From Lingula anatina (Eukaryota > Animalia > Brachiopoda), in assembly GCA_051362555.1 (NCBI GenBank), contig CM120647.1, forward strand, positions 17,088,651-17,152,650: 64,000 nt of DNA. Direction: 5' to 3'. The position numbers were made by a program, and so were the translations under genes. The number at the start of each line of letters is the position of its first letter. Position 1 is the first letter of the stretch. Shown here piece by piece: positions 40,360 to 55,143 of this stretch. The notes under the pieces were generated by a model. That model was given only the letters and a program-made list of their open reading frames with translations, was not told where the DNA came from and made no database searches.

Positions 40360-41140
40360 ACATGCAAACGCGCACACACAAATATACACATAAAGACACG
40401 AACACGCGCGCGTACATATATCCTACTTGTGTTCTACAGTATATAGAAACGCACACTAGCTGATAGTAATCGTAACATAGTTTAATAATTGATTTTTTTC
40501 CATAAAACAACCGCATTCAATCTTACACGCATTTAGGTAATTGTTGCCTAGTTTTATTTAGATATAATATGTCTTTACCTTAGACAGCATTATCATAAAC
40601 CCATCGTACTAGCTGGATTGATCTATCACTACTGGGATTCTCGCTAAACTACTAAATCAAGAACTCTCATTCTAGGTTCCGACCCTGGGAGATCACAGCC
40701 ACCGACAAGAATATATGTAAGTTACTTAAAGGGTGTGATTGCGAGTTTGTGTGCGTGTGTGTGTGTGTGTGTACTTGCGTTTGTGCATGCATGCGTGCAA
40801 GTGTAAAGAGTCAACTTCAGGTATACTGGATGTCAATCACAGTCTCATATCCATACATGCATATTGTTGGCCGCATTGCCTGTTTAGTTTAATACCATTA
40901 TAATTTCTTCAAATATTTCAATATGGAATACAATATTTCAAAATGGATAGACAAAATAAAATGGCTGGCATGACATGCCGGTGCATACTGCCTCCGATAT
41001 GAGGTCACCAATGCATTTTCTTATTAGGTTTGACAAAGTGTAAAATCAACTACAGCTACGGTTTTCAGCCTCTTTTGTTCTTTTATCAAATTACGAGCTG
41101 CAATGTTATCAGTGAGTTTATGTTTTCTTTTCCCTTTTCT

Positions 41141-41177
<37 letters not shown>

Positions 41178-42199
41178 AACTTTGAAAGATCGGTACTTTA
41201 CCACGATCTTATTCGCTCAAAATAGCTTTATTTGTTGTTTTTTAAGTAAAATAATTTTCTAGATATATTTATAACAAAGTTAAACCCTTCAGAACAAAAA
41301 CTCCCCCATTCATTGTTTTATGCGCCATTCATGCGCTAAACTGTTTTTAACCTCCGTCCCCTTATTGTCAATTTAACTACTTTCTTAATTGGCGTATTCA
41401 GAACAAGTTGATCCTAGATTAATAGATCCGCGAATCAAACATGGCCTTCCCACATGAAAGCTTGCCGCAAAATACCCTAAAAGAATCTGAATATATTCCT
41501 CGCATAAAACAACGAATGGTTTTATTCTTAAGGCTTTAATTTTGTAAGTACTTGGATCAACTTGGATTGTGATTGTGCCATAAATTGGCGTAAACTAGGG
41601 AAGATTTTTTTCCCGAAACTCCAGACCTAAATAAGATATTATAATTAAAAAAGCATGGTTCACGACAAAAGTTTTAACTACAATCCTTTGTTTTTGCAAT
41701 TCTTCGCCTCTTTGCTGATAAGATCAAAAACAGGCCTTTCGAAAAGATTTGTAGTTATTAAGGATGTGGTAAATTTGTGTAAAAAGAGTGTGGATAGCTG
41801 TGCTTGGGAAGGATATCTAGTTGAAATGAAATTTTCACCGCAAAGCGACGTTGTTACGTCATCCGATCCAGTTGGCAAATTTTTCCCTGTGTTTTTGAAG
41901 TGACGGCATTATCTCAATACACGGTAATGTAAATTTATGCATTAGCTAAGTGGATAAGAAAATAGATCCTTACTATCTATTTACCTTCAACATGTATTAA
42001 CTTGCTTCCTTACCTTAGACTATGGCCAAAGGAGCTTATAGAACGTATGTGTCAACTGAGAATGAAATCGCTTGAAACGTTGTCTCCGAAACTTGAATTT
42101 GGTGACCAAAATGATCACATATATCTAAATGAATTTCGAAAACTTTTCCGAAAATTAAATGTATTTGCACATTTCAAACGAGTCTTTGTCCGCTCTCTC

Positions 42200-42265
<66 letters not shown>

Positions 42266-43133
42266 TTGATTCTACTTCCAGGATCGGCATTCATCCTGGT
42301 TGAACGTCCCTAAAAACTGGCGGGAAGAGATGGAACGTCGCGTGAAACACACGGAAACCGTTTGCCGAGAGACCAACCGCTCTGTAGATGGCAGCAGTGC
42401 CAGGACAGGCTATCCCCCCTTCCTTTATGTGGATGATAAGCATCGCCTTATTATGTGCTCAATGCCTAAAGTCGGCTGCACCAATGGAAAACGCCTACTT
42501 TACGCGTTAACAGGGAACGTGGATATTAAAAAGTTCCACAATTTTGGACCCGATAAGCAAGTGTTTGCTTACAAACGCTACCTTCCTCGACTGACTCAGT
42601 TTTCTCCATTTGGAGCTAAATTACGGTTGCAGACCTATTTAAAGGTGATCGTCGTTCGTCATCCATTGGAGCGCCTGGTATCGGCCTACAGAGGTAAACT
42701 GGAAGGTAAAAGTAGCACCATTACAAGGGAAACTATATATATTGCCAAGTGGTTTGAAACCAACCCGACGCCAGGTATGTTAACTGGGAAAGAAGGTGTC
42801 TCGTTTCAGGCTTTCATTGATTATCTCATCTCTCTTGACCCAAACAAAGCTTATAACCCCCATTGGGAAAGCTATATTAGATTATGTGATCCATGTCAGA
42901 TTCATTATGACGTCATCGCCAAACTGGAATCTCAAGGCACAGATCTCAACATGATGCTGAAACTAATAGGAATGGATGACAAATTAACGTATCCTCAAGG
43001 TGATCTCCCGGCCTCTTCCTCTGCAGTATGGAAGAAATATTTTACTAAAATATCTCAAAGCGATATCAGGAAAATATGGCAGCATTATGAACTTGACGCT
43101 CGTCTTTTTAATTTTACACTAGACTGGTACTGA
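40217..43133 (+). CDS. Carbohydrate sulfotransferase (CHST11-like), copy 2, ~326 aa
   Basis: Exons 40217-40304, 40676-40716, 42282-43133; same motifs and phases as copy 1. Confidence 0.93.
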
Positions 43134-44784
43134 CGTGTTCAAAACGTGGTAGTTGAGATACACGCTGTATGAATAATGGTTATGTTGAGGTGAACGTTCA
43201 TTATACTGTCTTTCGATTGTGTATGGGTGATAAAAATAAATTGTTTCTGAAAACACAAAATATTTTTCTAGCTAAAAGACACGGCGCCATCTGAAATGTG
43301 CTTGATCGAATGTCTAGAAGTAAATATATATTGATGCACTTTTGAAGATCTACATTGTAGTTGTAAAATACTTAAATTACGTCTAAAATACTTCTATTCT
43401 CATTAAGATCTATACGGTGAATTAACATGAATCCTCAATGATCGAATGTCTGACTCGTTTAATTTTGTAAATACATTTGACCCTTTATCGATAATAGTGA
43501 TTGTGATAGTAATTAGCATTAAAGCATGAACTTCACTGCACACGTGTTTAAATATACAACATTGGTCATAATGGTTGTCCCACCCCTAATTCCATGTTAT
43601 TTAAACTGTTCTAAACAATGCTTTTTATTCCAGATACCATACCTTGCATGGTTAATCGTTAAAATAGCGGCAAAATATCTATATATTTATAACATTAATT
43701 CATATTGAAAGTATGCTCCCCCTCAAATCCGGCGTTTCACTGTGATTTCCACAGAGGCAGAGAAGTGCATTTTTAACTGAAAAGACACCTCCAATTATCA
43801 CCAAATTAACACACAATTAGCATTAGGGGGTGCTCGTTAAATGTCACGTGTCTAACAGAGTGTGTGACTACCGCGTACTGCAGTCATCTCCTGTAAGCGG
43901 CGCGACAAGCCTTCAACAAGAGTAACAATCCTGTTTTGTGGGATATTGTCCCATTCCGGCGATGTAGTTTTAGATTATTTGGGGATTGGTTCCCCTCTGC
44001 ATTGCATTCTCCAATTCATGTCACAGATGCTCAGTAGGAAGAATATCAGGGCTCAAAGATGGTTGTTCCATTCTCAGAACAATGTGTTTCTGCAACAAAT
44101 CACTTGCCAGACGAGAGCTGTGTGCAAATGCGTTGCCATGATGAAGCCTGTAGCATCCCAGATGTCACCTCTTGCAAATGGAGTGAGATATCTGTGGAGA
44201 AATTTACAGTTAAAGTAATGTGTTGTTTTTTATGCATAAGACACATTTTATCTGGCGTTAGTGAAATTTTCAAGAAATGCACACGTACCTCACATAGATA
44301 TAAAAGCACTTTATTTTCTGTGATAGCGGGTTGTTTTGAATGGATTGTTCGAGAGGGACTGTTGGTATTGTCAGGGTAGGGATTGTCCTAAAATCGTGGG
44401 GTGGTTTGGAGTGTGTGTGTGTTGGGGGGTCAAGTATAGTGTTTTGTCTTAATTTGTTAGAGATATTGTTGTGAACCGATATGACATCCACTTTAATTAA
44501 TAGATTCACTGAATTTCAGTGTATTAATTCCCATCAACGAATTAATCCAAAAGCGCCTGGGCATGACTCCAGATCCGACTCTATCTTTCCTCTGCACGTG
44601 TACAGAGACACATCAAAATAAAAACAATCTCACATTTTCAGTTCCTATTGAAAAGCCCCTACATCATTGTATACGCTTTATATAAGCGGAACCAATGCGC
44701 GTGCAAGTTATTTCAAATGATCTACACACTTATTGTGCAATATTAACAGGTAAGGGTTCCTACTTATTAAATTCAAGGTACGGG

Positions 44785-44946
44785 TGTAACGAAACTGAGA
44801 GTCCATGTTACAGAAAGTTCGCCCTTCATTTAGTTACAGTTTCTAGGGTTAGCCTGACCTAAATGGGTCAAAATTTAGGGCAAGGCTTACCTGTACAAAC
44901 GAATGGGTAACGAAATCTCTATCATGGGGGACTCTGTTACGTTATA
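44785..44946. mobile_element. Ginger1-like MITE upstream of sulfotransferase 3 (same site as 39219)
   Basis: Same element at the equivalent position in unit 3. Confidence 0.78.
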
Positions 44947-45157
44947 TCAGTATCCATATATCACTACCAGCACACCTACATAATAAATGGTGAATACATG
45001 TACCCATTCAAGACAGAAGCAAGTTATATGATAAAAGGTTGGCTTATGTAATTACATAAATATTAAATTGAGGATGGAACACACTCCACAATATAAAGAT
45101 GAACAGATAATGGACAGTGTCTGACACCCCTCTATATGCACTAGAAGCTACATGTAT

Positions 45158-45192
<35 letters not shown>

Positions 45193-45725
45193 GGGGGAGG
45201 GAGATAAAAGAGTTTACGAAGCTTCTACGGGGTTCAGGGTGGAGGTGGGAGGGAGGTGGGGGGGGGCGGAGGCAGAAAACAGCAGACTGTATTGCCATGG
45301 AAAAGTCTTATGAACTAGATAAGCTTATTTGAATATGGAGTTCCATATTTAATAACAAAGTTAAGATTCTATTTCTTAGTTATATTTTATCAAGGGTCCA
45401 TGAGTACAGCAGCGCATTTGATGGTATAAGCGGCATGGCATAAATATAAAACATTAAATATTCCTATACAGGCAACGTCAGAAGTGGTGAGTTGTACCTG
45501 TCGTCTTCAAATGTCGATTTTAAATGATATTCACTCAGAACCGTTTGGGGGAAAATATTAATTTTGCATAATTTTTGCACGGACTTTCAATAATTTTGAT
45601 CTTGGTTAGTAATAAACTGAAGGATAAAACAGTATTCAGAAGGATCCAATTTTTTTCACACAGATTTTCAATTCTGACAGGGATTTCTTCCTTAGAGAAC
45701 CAGGGGCTGAACCGAATAGTTTCCA

Positions 45726-45832
45726 ATGGAGGCACTGAAGATGTTCCAGTGGTTTGTATTTGGTGCTGTCCTGATGTTTTGTCTACAACTCTGGTTTATG
45801 AGAAAGCAAACAGGTGATTCCGCTCTCAGCAG

Positions 45833-45883
<51 letters not shown>

Positions 45884-47763
45884 GGTACACACATGCACAC
45901 ACATGCGCACGCGCACACACACATGTTAACATAAACATACGCACACGAACACATGCGCGTGCATTTATGTCCTACTTGTGTTTTACAGTATATAGAAACA
46001 CACACTACCTGATAGTAATCGTAACATAGTTAAATAAGTGATGAATTTCTCCCATAAAACAACCACATTCAATCTTTCACCTTTTCAGGTTTTTTTTTTT
46101 TTTGACGTGTTTTATTTAGGTATAATATGTCTTTGCCTAAGACAGCATTATCATAAACCCATCGTACTAGCTGGATTGATCTATCACTACGGGGATTCTC
46201 GCTAAACTACTAAATCAAGTAAACAACTGTCGGATGCGTCAATTTTCAGAACTCTCATTCTAGGTACCGACATTAGTAGTTCACATCCACCGACAAGAAT
46301 ATATGTAAGTTACTTACCTAGTGTGTTTGAGAGTTTGCGCGCGCGCGTGTGTGTGTACTTGCGTGCGTGCATGCATGCGTGAAGAGTCAACTTTAGGTAT
46401 ACTGGATGTCAATCACATGCAGTCTCATATCCACACACACATGCCTGCTTCGTTTAATACCATTATAATTTCTTCAAATATTTCAATATGGAATGGAATA
46501 TTTCAAAATAGACAAAATTAAAATGGCTGGCATGACGGTGCATACTACTTCCGAGGTGAGGTCAACAATGCATTTTCTTATTAAGTTTGACAAAGTGTAA
46601 AATCAACCCGCTACAGCTACAGTTTTCAACTTTTTCTTTTATTAAATTACGAGCTTCAATGTCATCAGTGTTTTTTTTTTTTCTCTCTTTTTTTTAAGAT
46701 TTCGACTTAAAATAGATCGGTACTTAACAACAATCTTATTTGGTCAAAATAGCTTTTTTGTCTTTTTACATGTAAAATAATTATCTAGAAATTTTATAAC
46801 AAAATTAAACCCTTCAGAACAAAAAGAAACTCCTCCATTTGTTGTATTATGCACCATCCATGAGTTTAACTGTTTTTAACCTCCGTCCCCTTATTTTCAA
46901 TTTTTAAAACTGCTTTCTAAATTGGCGCATTCAGAACACGTTGACTTCAGACTAAAAGATCCGCGAATCAAACATGGCCTTCCCACTTGAAAGCTTGCCG
47001 AAAAATGCCCTAAGAGAATTCTGAATAGATTCCCCGTATAAAACAACATTTTTTTTCTAAAGGGTTTAATTTTTAGTCCTCGGATCAACTTTGATTGTGA
47101 ATGCGCCAAAAATTTGCGTAAACTTGGGAGCGTTTTTTTCAGAAACTCCAAACCTAAATAAGATATTATAATAAAAATAGCATGGTTCACGACAAAAAGT
47201 TTTAACTACAATCCTTTGCTTTTGAATTTTTTCGCCTCTTTACTGATAAAATCAGAAACAGGCCTTTCGAAAAGATTCCGTGACACCAAATTGTAGTAAT
47301 AAGGGATGTGGTAAATTTGCGTAAAAAGTGTGTGGATAGCTGTGCTTGAGAGGGATATACATAAACGGTTGAAATCAAATACAAAAATTGCACCACTCAT
47401 CAGATCTAATTGGCCAACTTTTCCCTGTGTGCTTTTAAAGTGACAGCCTTATCTCAAAACATGGTGATGTAAATTTCTGCATTATCGGATAAGAAAATAG
47501 ATCCTAACATATTTACCTTCAACATGTTTCAACTTGCTTCCTTACCTTGGGCTATGGCTAAACAAGCTAATAGAAGGCATGTGTCAACTGAGAATGAAAT
47601 CATTTTAAATATTGTCTCCGGAACTTGAATTTGGTGACCAAAATGATCACATATATTTAAATGAATTTTTGCTAACTTTTCCAAAAATTAAATGAATACG
47701 CACGTTACAAACGAGCAAACAGTATTTACCCTCTCTCTCTCTTTCTCTCTCTCTAACACACAC

Positions 47764-47794
<31 letters not shown>

Positions 47795-48660
47795 TTTGAT
47801 TTTACTTCCAGGATCGGCATTCATCCTGGTTGAGCGTCCCTAAAATCTGGCGGGAAGAGATGGAACGTCGCGTGAAACACATGGAAACCGTTTGCCGAGA
47901 CACCAACCACTCTGTAGATGGCAGCAGTGCCAGGACAGGCTTTCCCCCATTCCTTTATGTGGATGATAAGCACCGCCTTATTATGTGCTCAATGCCTAAA
48001 GTCGGCTGTTCCAATGGTAAACGCCTACTTTACGCATTAACAGGGAACGTGGATATGAAAAAGTTCCACAATTTTGGACCCGATAAGAAAGTGTTTGCTT
48101 ACAAACGTTACCTTCCTCGACTGAGTCAGTATTCTCCGTTTGGAGCTAAATTACGGTTGCAGACCTATTTGAAGGTGATCGTCGTTCGTCATCCATTGGA
48201 GCGCCTGGTATCGGCCTACAGAGATAAACTGGAAGGTAAAGGTAGGACCTTTATAAGGGAAGCTATATATATTGCCAAGAGGTTTGAAACCAACCCGACC
48301 CCAGGTATGCTGGCCGGGAAAGGTGTCTCTTTTCAGGCTTTCATTGATTATCTCATCTCTCTTGACCCAAACAAAGCTTATAACCCCCATTGGGAAAGCT
48401 ATATTAGATTATGTGATCCATGTCAGATTCATTATGACGTCATCGCCAAACTGGAATCTCAAGGCACAGATCTCAACATGATGCTGAAACTGATAGGAAT
48501 GGACGACAAGTTGACGTATCCTCAAGATGATCACCCGGTCTCTTCCTCTGCAGTTTGGAAGAAATATTTTACTGAAATTTCTCGAAGCGATATCAGGAAA
48601 ATATGGCAACATTATGAACTTGACGCTCGTCTTTTTAACTTTACACTAGACTGGTACTGA
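45726..48660 (+). CDS. Carbohydrate sulfotransferase (CHST11-like), copy 3, ~325 aa
   Basis: Exons 45726-45813, 46264-46304, 47812-48660; VRHPLERLVSAYRDK. Confidence 0.93.
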
Positions 48661-50192
48661 CGTGTTCAAAACGTGGTAGTTGAGATACACGTTGTATGAA
48701 TAATGGTTATATTATTGTGATCTTTCATTATGTTGTCTCTTGATTGTGTATAGGTGATAAAAAGTAAATTGTTTCTGAAAACACGAAATATTTTCTAGCT
48801 AAAATACATTGCGCCATCTTACACGTGCTTGATCGCTTGTCTTACTTGTCGTTTAATTTCGTAATACATTTGACCCTTTATCAGTAAAAATGATGGTGAT
48901 AGTAATAGGCATTAAAGCCTGAACTTCATTGTAGAAGTGTTTAAATATATTTTGAGGCCTATTGACACATGACATATCCATCACGTCACTTTTTTTCTAG
49001 GTAAGGATCGTTTTAGTGAGTATTCGCGCAAAATGTGCATGAGTTATACAATGAATCTTAAGAGTGAATACAGGCATTTTATTAATGACGTCAAGAGGTG
49101 TTTTAGAATTAAGATATAAATGAAACATCAAAATTCTTAGAAATACGTTTTATACATTATTGACGTGAAAGCACAATGTAAAAATTTTAATGTTTTTCTG
49201 TGCAGATTACGCAGCAGAATTACAATCATATGCGACATTTCCACTATATTTAGATGAAGTATATTATTCTTTATATCGTCCTTTATCTGATATTATATGC
49301 GACGTCCACTTCAATGATATTTTTCTATCCGATAAATTCCTTAGCATTGCTGTTTGACATCATATATGGGTTACCTTCGCTTCATGTGACTCCCTTTAGG
49401 ATGTACTTTTTTGCTGGTATATAACATTATTGCATCAGATCTAACGTCAAAGTTTTTGAAGCGTGACAGCATTAAATTAGGCACGACCTCTTTGGCTTTT
49501 CGATATCACCCCATTGTATTATATGTAGTGTCATACTTATTGAAATGTAAAATTAATGATTTGAATATGGGGGCTTAGAATAAAGTACCATTGCATTAGA
49601 TGTGACATCCGAGTCTACAGTTGGTGACAATGTTATGTTAGACATTAATTATCCATTTTTGTGAGATGTGACATTTGATTATATTTTATACGTGAGATGC
49701 GACGTCCTGTCCTGCATAACGTGTCATCATTGTGCTAGGTGTGACATCACAATCTGCAGTGTTATGATACCTTTATGACAAAAACATGTTTCTTTATGAA
49801 AGTAATGTGTGAGTTTTTATGTATAAGACACATTTTTTCTTGAGTCGGATCACATATCCATTTTTCTTTGATTTGATGCTCCTGGTAGAAAGATGTCCAA
49901 TATCCATTACTTCCATATAGACTTTTTCCTGGTTATCTTCATGTAGTACGTTCCTAACGACTCTGTTATACTATGTGTAGGTGATTCCATCAACAAATGC
50001 TGCTTGAACGCAGTCAGTTTATTATGCGTAGCACGCCATTGCCCGGTACCTTGAATAAAATCGTATGATAAATTAAAAACCCATCGAAGCGCCAGCCCTT
50101 TGAAATGAGCATGAGCATCTCTCGGTTACTAAACAGAATTGCAACATGATGTGGCGTCATATTGTGATATGACGTAACGCTGTGATATGACG

Positions 50193-53100
50193 TCATACAG
50201 TAATGGACGGAGTGTCAGTGGCGAGGGCAGTGTCGTAAGTTGATCTAGTTGAGTAATTTCGCATGAGCTGCATCTGCCATTGACGTGGACACGCCTTCCT
50301 CAATCTATTTCTGAAAAGACAAATGTCATTCGCTACAGAAACCTTTTGCAATATACCCCTTCCAATTTTAAGCTTTTGTTCACAGTGCATGGCAAGTAGA
50401 CTTTAAAGAATGTGACTAAAATAAACTTGCATTACATTCAGAGCCTCACATTGCACAGATATATGTTTTGCCTAAGATGAAAATTGTAATAGTAAAAAAT
50501 GACATTTACCGCATTCCCATGATATAATGCTCTCATTATATAACTATCGAGCAGGCATTTAAGAAAAATGATCTATGAATAATAATATGAAATCATATTA
50601 GCCATTTGTACATGAAACTGAGAAAGTATTCCCCAATTGACAAAGTATTCCCCTCGCCCCCTGTGTTCTAAGACTTTACATTTTGAGGTAAATGTTAAAA
50701 CCATTGGTCTTAATACACCCTTTTCCCAACGTCGTAAAAATGAGATGGCTCTGGTACTCACTTCAACTGTGCGCAGGCCGTGGTGTTAAAGATGCCGTAG
50801 ATGATAGGGTTGAGGAGGCCGTTAAGGGGTGCGCAGCTCTGGATAAAGTTCACCACCGCCATGTGGTTTTGTTCCAGGTAGACTCCATAGACAAACATTA
50901 AGTTGAAGATAAAGTATGGACTCCAACATACCAGGAAAGCTGAAAAGAGCAGGGTTTAAGGAAACTCACGCGGTATTATGCAAAGGTCAGTGACCTGACC
51001 TATTCACCTGACTTAGCTGACGTCAAATACATGTCTGGACACAAATACCAGCTAAACACGCTATCAACAAAAAAATAAATAAATAAATAAGGGTTCATTG
51101 GCATCGAAATTAACGGTCTACGCAGATCTATCCAATTCGGCAAGGGCACTCGCTCATTAAAATCAGCCACCTCTTATTTCCAAAGTACTCGTATAATAAC
51201 CAGCTGTTCTGTATTCTGCTTAACGTCAAGAGACGGCTAATCTGTTAAACTGACTGCTTTCAGCTAGAGTCCCCACAGAGTTGAATCGATCTACGTATAA
51301 ACCCATAGTTTCATTGGAAATGAGCCCTGAAAAGGGATCCGCAGTCAATTTAAGTGCTTTTAACCGACAGATGGGTTACAGCTATTACTTGAATATCATT
51401 TCTATGACAACGGCATTTAGATAAGGGAAGTGTACAGAAAATAGCAAAGATCCAGTAACAGTTATAACACGCTTGCACTGGAATAGAAATAAAAGTCCGC
51501 ATAGAAATCAAACTCATTCATGCTGGCAGATTTAACATGACTTTCTGTTTTTAATGTACATTCGCTTCTCTCTCTCTCTCTCTTATACGCATACAGGCCT
51601 GCTCATACTTCTACCCGCACAGACATTGACCAGATGGCACATACACACGAGCACGCGCGCGCACGCGCGCGCACGCACGCATAGACAAGCACACATACAC
51701 ACTCAAACACATATGGACCATTCCCAGACCCTATCGTTCTAACTGTGGACCGATCTATCTCCAAGGGGATTCTCGCTAGATTGCAATCAACTTAAGTGGC
51801 CTAGGTGTCTGTCACGCCTACTGAAGCTGCTAGGGGCTAATTGATTATCGTTTAGCAGTAGGCGTGAAAGGTATTTAAGCTGCTTAAACTCAAAGCAATC
51901 TAGATATGGGAACCGTGTCATGGACACACGCGCAAGCACACAGCACTCAGTCGGTCCTCGGGACCTACCAATGACGATGACAAATGTCATCTTGATAGCC
52001 CTCATCCGGGCATGTGGCACCAGTCCACTAGAGCTCTGCTGACACTCACGGTGACGCAAGAAACTTTTTCGCTGTAAATTGTCTTCTGAAAAAGAAAAGA
52101 CTAAAATTGTGAAATATGGCAAAAATGGCTTTTTGTCAATATTAGTTGTTTCATCATTTGTTTTGGTCTTTAAATATACTACGTTTAACAAAATCGAATT
52201 GCCGCAAGACGTAAATGATATCAAACTTGGGTTGGGGTGATAATGTCTAGGGACTGGATAAGATGACTAACAGTAGATAAAGAGACTCTTGATGTGTCCG
52301 TCAATAACAAAATAGTATGCTGCACTGTATATCGTCAATAATGTGTTTGTTACGTCACGGCATCAGGTGCGACATTTCGCTCACAATAAATAACGTAAGT
52401 ACCTCACAATGAGCGATATCCAATAGACGGGAAAACCAATAACCACGACAAATAAGAAGGTGAAACTGTTGGAAGGATGGGAATTATGTATGAGATAACT
52501 TGATTAAGGCACTGCGTTTGTACCATTAACTTATCTCAAGTTATCCATGTTCACCTGGCCCTGCCCCAGGATAAGTAGGAGGGTTGTTATTGCAATAATA
52601 AAACACCAAGCGAGGCCAACCTACAATATTGATGCACCGTTGTCCGGGAATTCTTTTATGTGCTCTGCGAATTGGAATGATAATTGTGTTCGGTTGTTAC
52701 ACAATGTCTGGTTTAATGTATGTGTTCATGAAAATAAATGTTTTAACCTCTAGATCATTTGGCAGAAAGAAAGAGAGAAATAATAAATAAGAAATGAGTC
52801 ACTAGAGGAGCATTGGCAGTCATAATGGCATAATAAAACAACGAAACAAATTAGAAAAAAGAAACAGTTTCTGAAACGTAGCCGCTATCTGATGCCAGAG
52901 TATGCAGTTATGTTATTGAAAAAGTCTACCAGAATATTGACTATACTTGCTCAGCATAATTTTTTTTAAAGTTCGATTTCCAGATGTAAGGGGATAGAAA
53001 AGAAAAGAAAAAAGGCATCATCCAAGGGAATTGAGCAGCTAATTACCCGTGCATTCTGTTGATCTGTTCAATAATTTCAGCGCAGATTGAAATATTGCAT

Positions 53101-55103
53101 TGGCTTCGGTTAGATAAGGTACATAAAATACACCCTAGGAAGACGGGTTATTATGTTTTAATCCCTTCCAGAGGCTCTGTATTTGTTCGTTCAATACTAT
53201 TTCAGCACATAAAGGTCTTATTTTAAACGAGGAAGTGTTATTGTATACAAGTGCGAGTTCTTTTGCATTGCGATTTTTTCCTATGTTGATAAACACAACA
53301 GTATATTTCTAGAAGACTTTGCAATGGTTCCAACATTAAGACAAAAAAAACAACATAATATGTGTTCTTTATAAAAGTGATCACTTATTTCATCACGTGG
53401 TTTTAAAAAGTAATTGAGGCTGAATATATAGTGTTCATAATAACGTCCTTGTTATTGAAACTTAGGACATGCATGTTTACAGTATATGTACCGTCCATAG
53501 AATATTGTACATGCTCAGACAGTTTACATATGTACAGACATAATAGAGTGCAGCATATGCTGAGAAAGCTTAATTTACTGAATGCATATCGTGCTTCATT
53601 TCAATACTTTGGTCTGTCTGAAGCAACTTGTCCCTCTCTTATAATGGGAAACGAAATGGTCTTCTTGGAACGTGGCAAATATTCCCGAAACATTGTAACC
53701 GTGCACAGGAAATTGAACGAGGCAGCTGCTCCAATATATACAAATTGATAAAAAAATGATGAGATCACTTGCCTCCTGTCCTGAACCCACATACTAGCCT
53801 AGAGTATAATTTGGCGCAAACGATCATGATTAGCATGTCGAGAATGCCTGACATTTTAAACAGTGTACGCAAACGTGTGAGTGCTATGTTTTGGGTGGTT
53901 TGGAAGGAGTTTAAAACATGTAGTACATGTATTCATCGCATGCTGTTTAACTTAACGTAACTAAGCATGAATACCAACGAGAATCGAACTTTTCATCAGA
54001 GCAAGCACTGTGAAAAATAACGCATGAATAGCCCAAGTTGTGACATGTTGAATAGTATTTGAGCGTTTTCAAATATTGATATAGCACGTAGAAGTCAACA
54101 TGTACCGACCTGTTTTCTTTAAAGTGAGAACGGACAATGTTCATGCAAGAACGTGTTGTGTTGAAGACAAATAGAAAAACGACTGTGATTTCCCAATGGA
54201 ACTGCACTTGAGGGACACTGAAAGATAACAGTCCATTTCACTTAGTAACCTGTTATCTACGACACAAACCAGACAGAAACCCTTTCTTCCAAAGACACAA
54301 TCAATCCACATCATTTTAGTTCTACATGTCACCGAAGCCATTTTTTACAAAATAGCAAAATCTCGGTGTTGATGACAGGTTTTTTAGTCAGCATGATACA
54401 GAGGTAAATTAGCCATGACGCTTTACGTAGTAAGCCTAACCACTGAATAGTGAAGCATCAAAAAGAAAAAAGAACAACATTCAATGATGGCATCGTACCA
54501 TGAAGTGATTCATTGCATGATGTAGGATGTGAAAGAAGGAATTAAAATTCAAAGCTGCCTAGTAAACAATTGATGACTAGATTGCGTGTTAACAAGTACC
54601 TGTGTCGGACTTTTTCGAACTTCTATCAGTGAAAGCAAAGCTGTTTCCGGTGGTTCCGCCGCTCTTTTTCCACAGTTTATAGCCGATGAGTACATAACAG
54701 CACGTGATCAAGATGGCGGGTATAAACAGCATGGCGGTGGCATTCAGCACCATGTAAACCTGCAACGAAGAATTCACGGTCCATTACACAAATAAACTCA
54801 CAGCTAGTTTTCTTTCATAAATACGAATACGTTTCCTGGGGCATTGGACAGAACACTGGAGTACGTGACGACATAATAATTTCACCAATACTTAAATAAA
54901 ATAATGGGATTAATACATGAACTAGCCCCCCTCCCCCGTTTATTTATTTATTTTTCTTATTGAGGTGAAACGAGACCATTACAACCCATGCAAGTATTTC
55001 CCCTTATCTAAAGTTAATTGCTTTATGTGAATCGTCAGCATTGCTTTATGTGAATCGTCATGTGTGGTTACACATATTCTTTAACTGTCCCTCTGCAACG
55101 TAA

Positions 55104-55143
<40 letters not shown>

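Larger units (their letters stand above)
33060..49846. repeat. Three tandem ~5.6-kb segmental duplication units, each with one sulfotransferase gene
   Basis: Unit starts (C/T)AGTGAAAT at ~33066, ~38645 and ~44259; upstream, intronic and 3' sequences align across units. Confidence 0.92.

Noticed and set aside
36381-47400. Recurrent minus-strand ORFs containing YPSQAQLST (36381, 41678, 47202)
   Set aside because: Homologous intron sequence of the three duplication units; frames are not conserved between copies.
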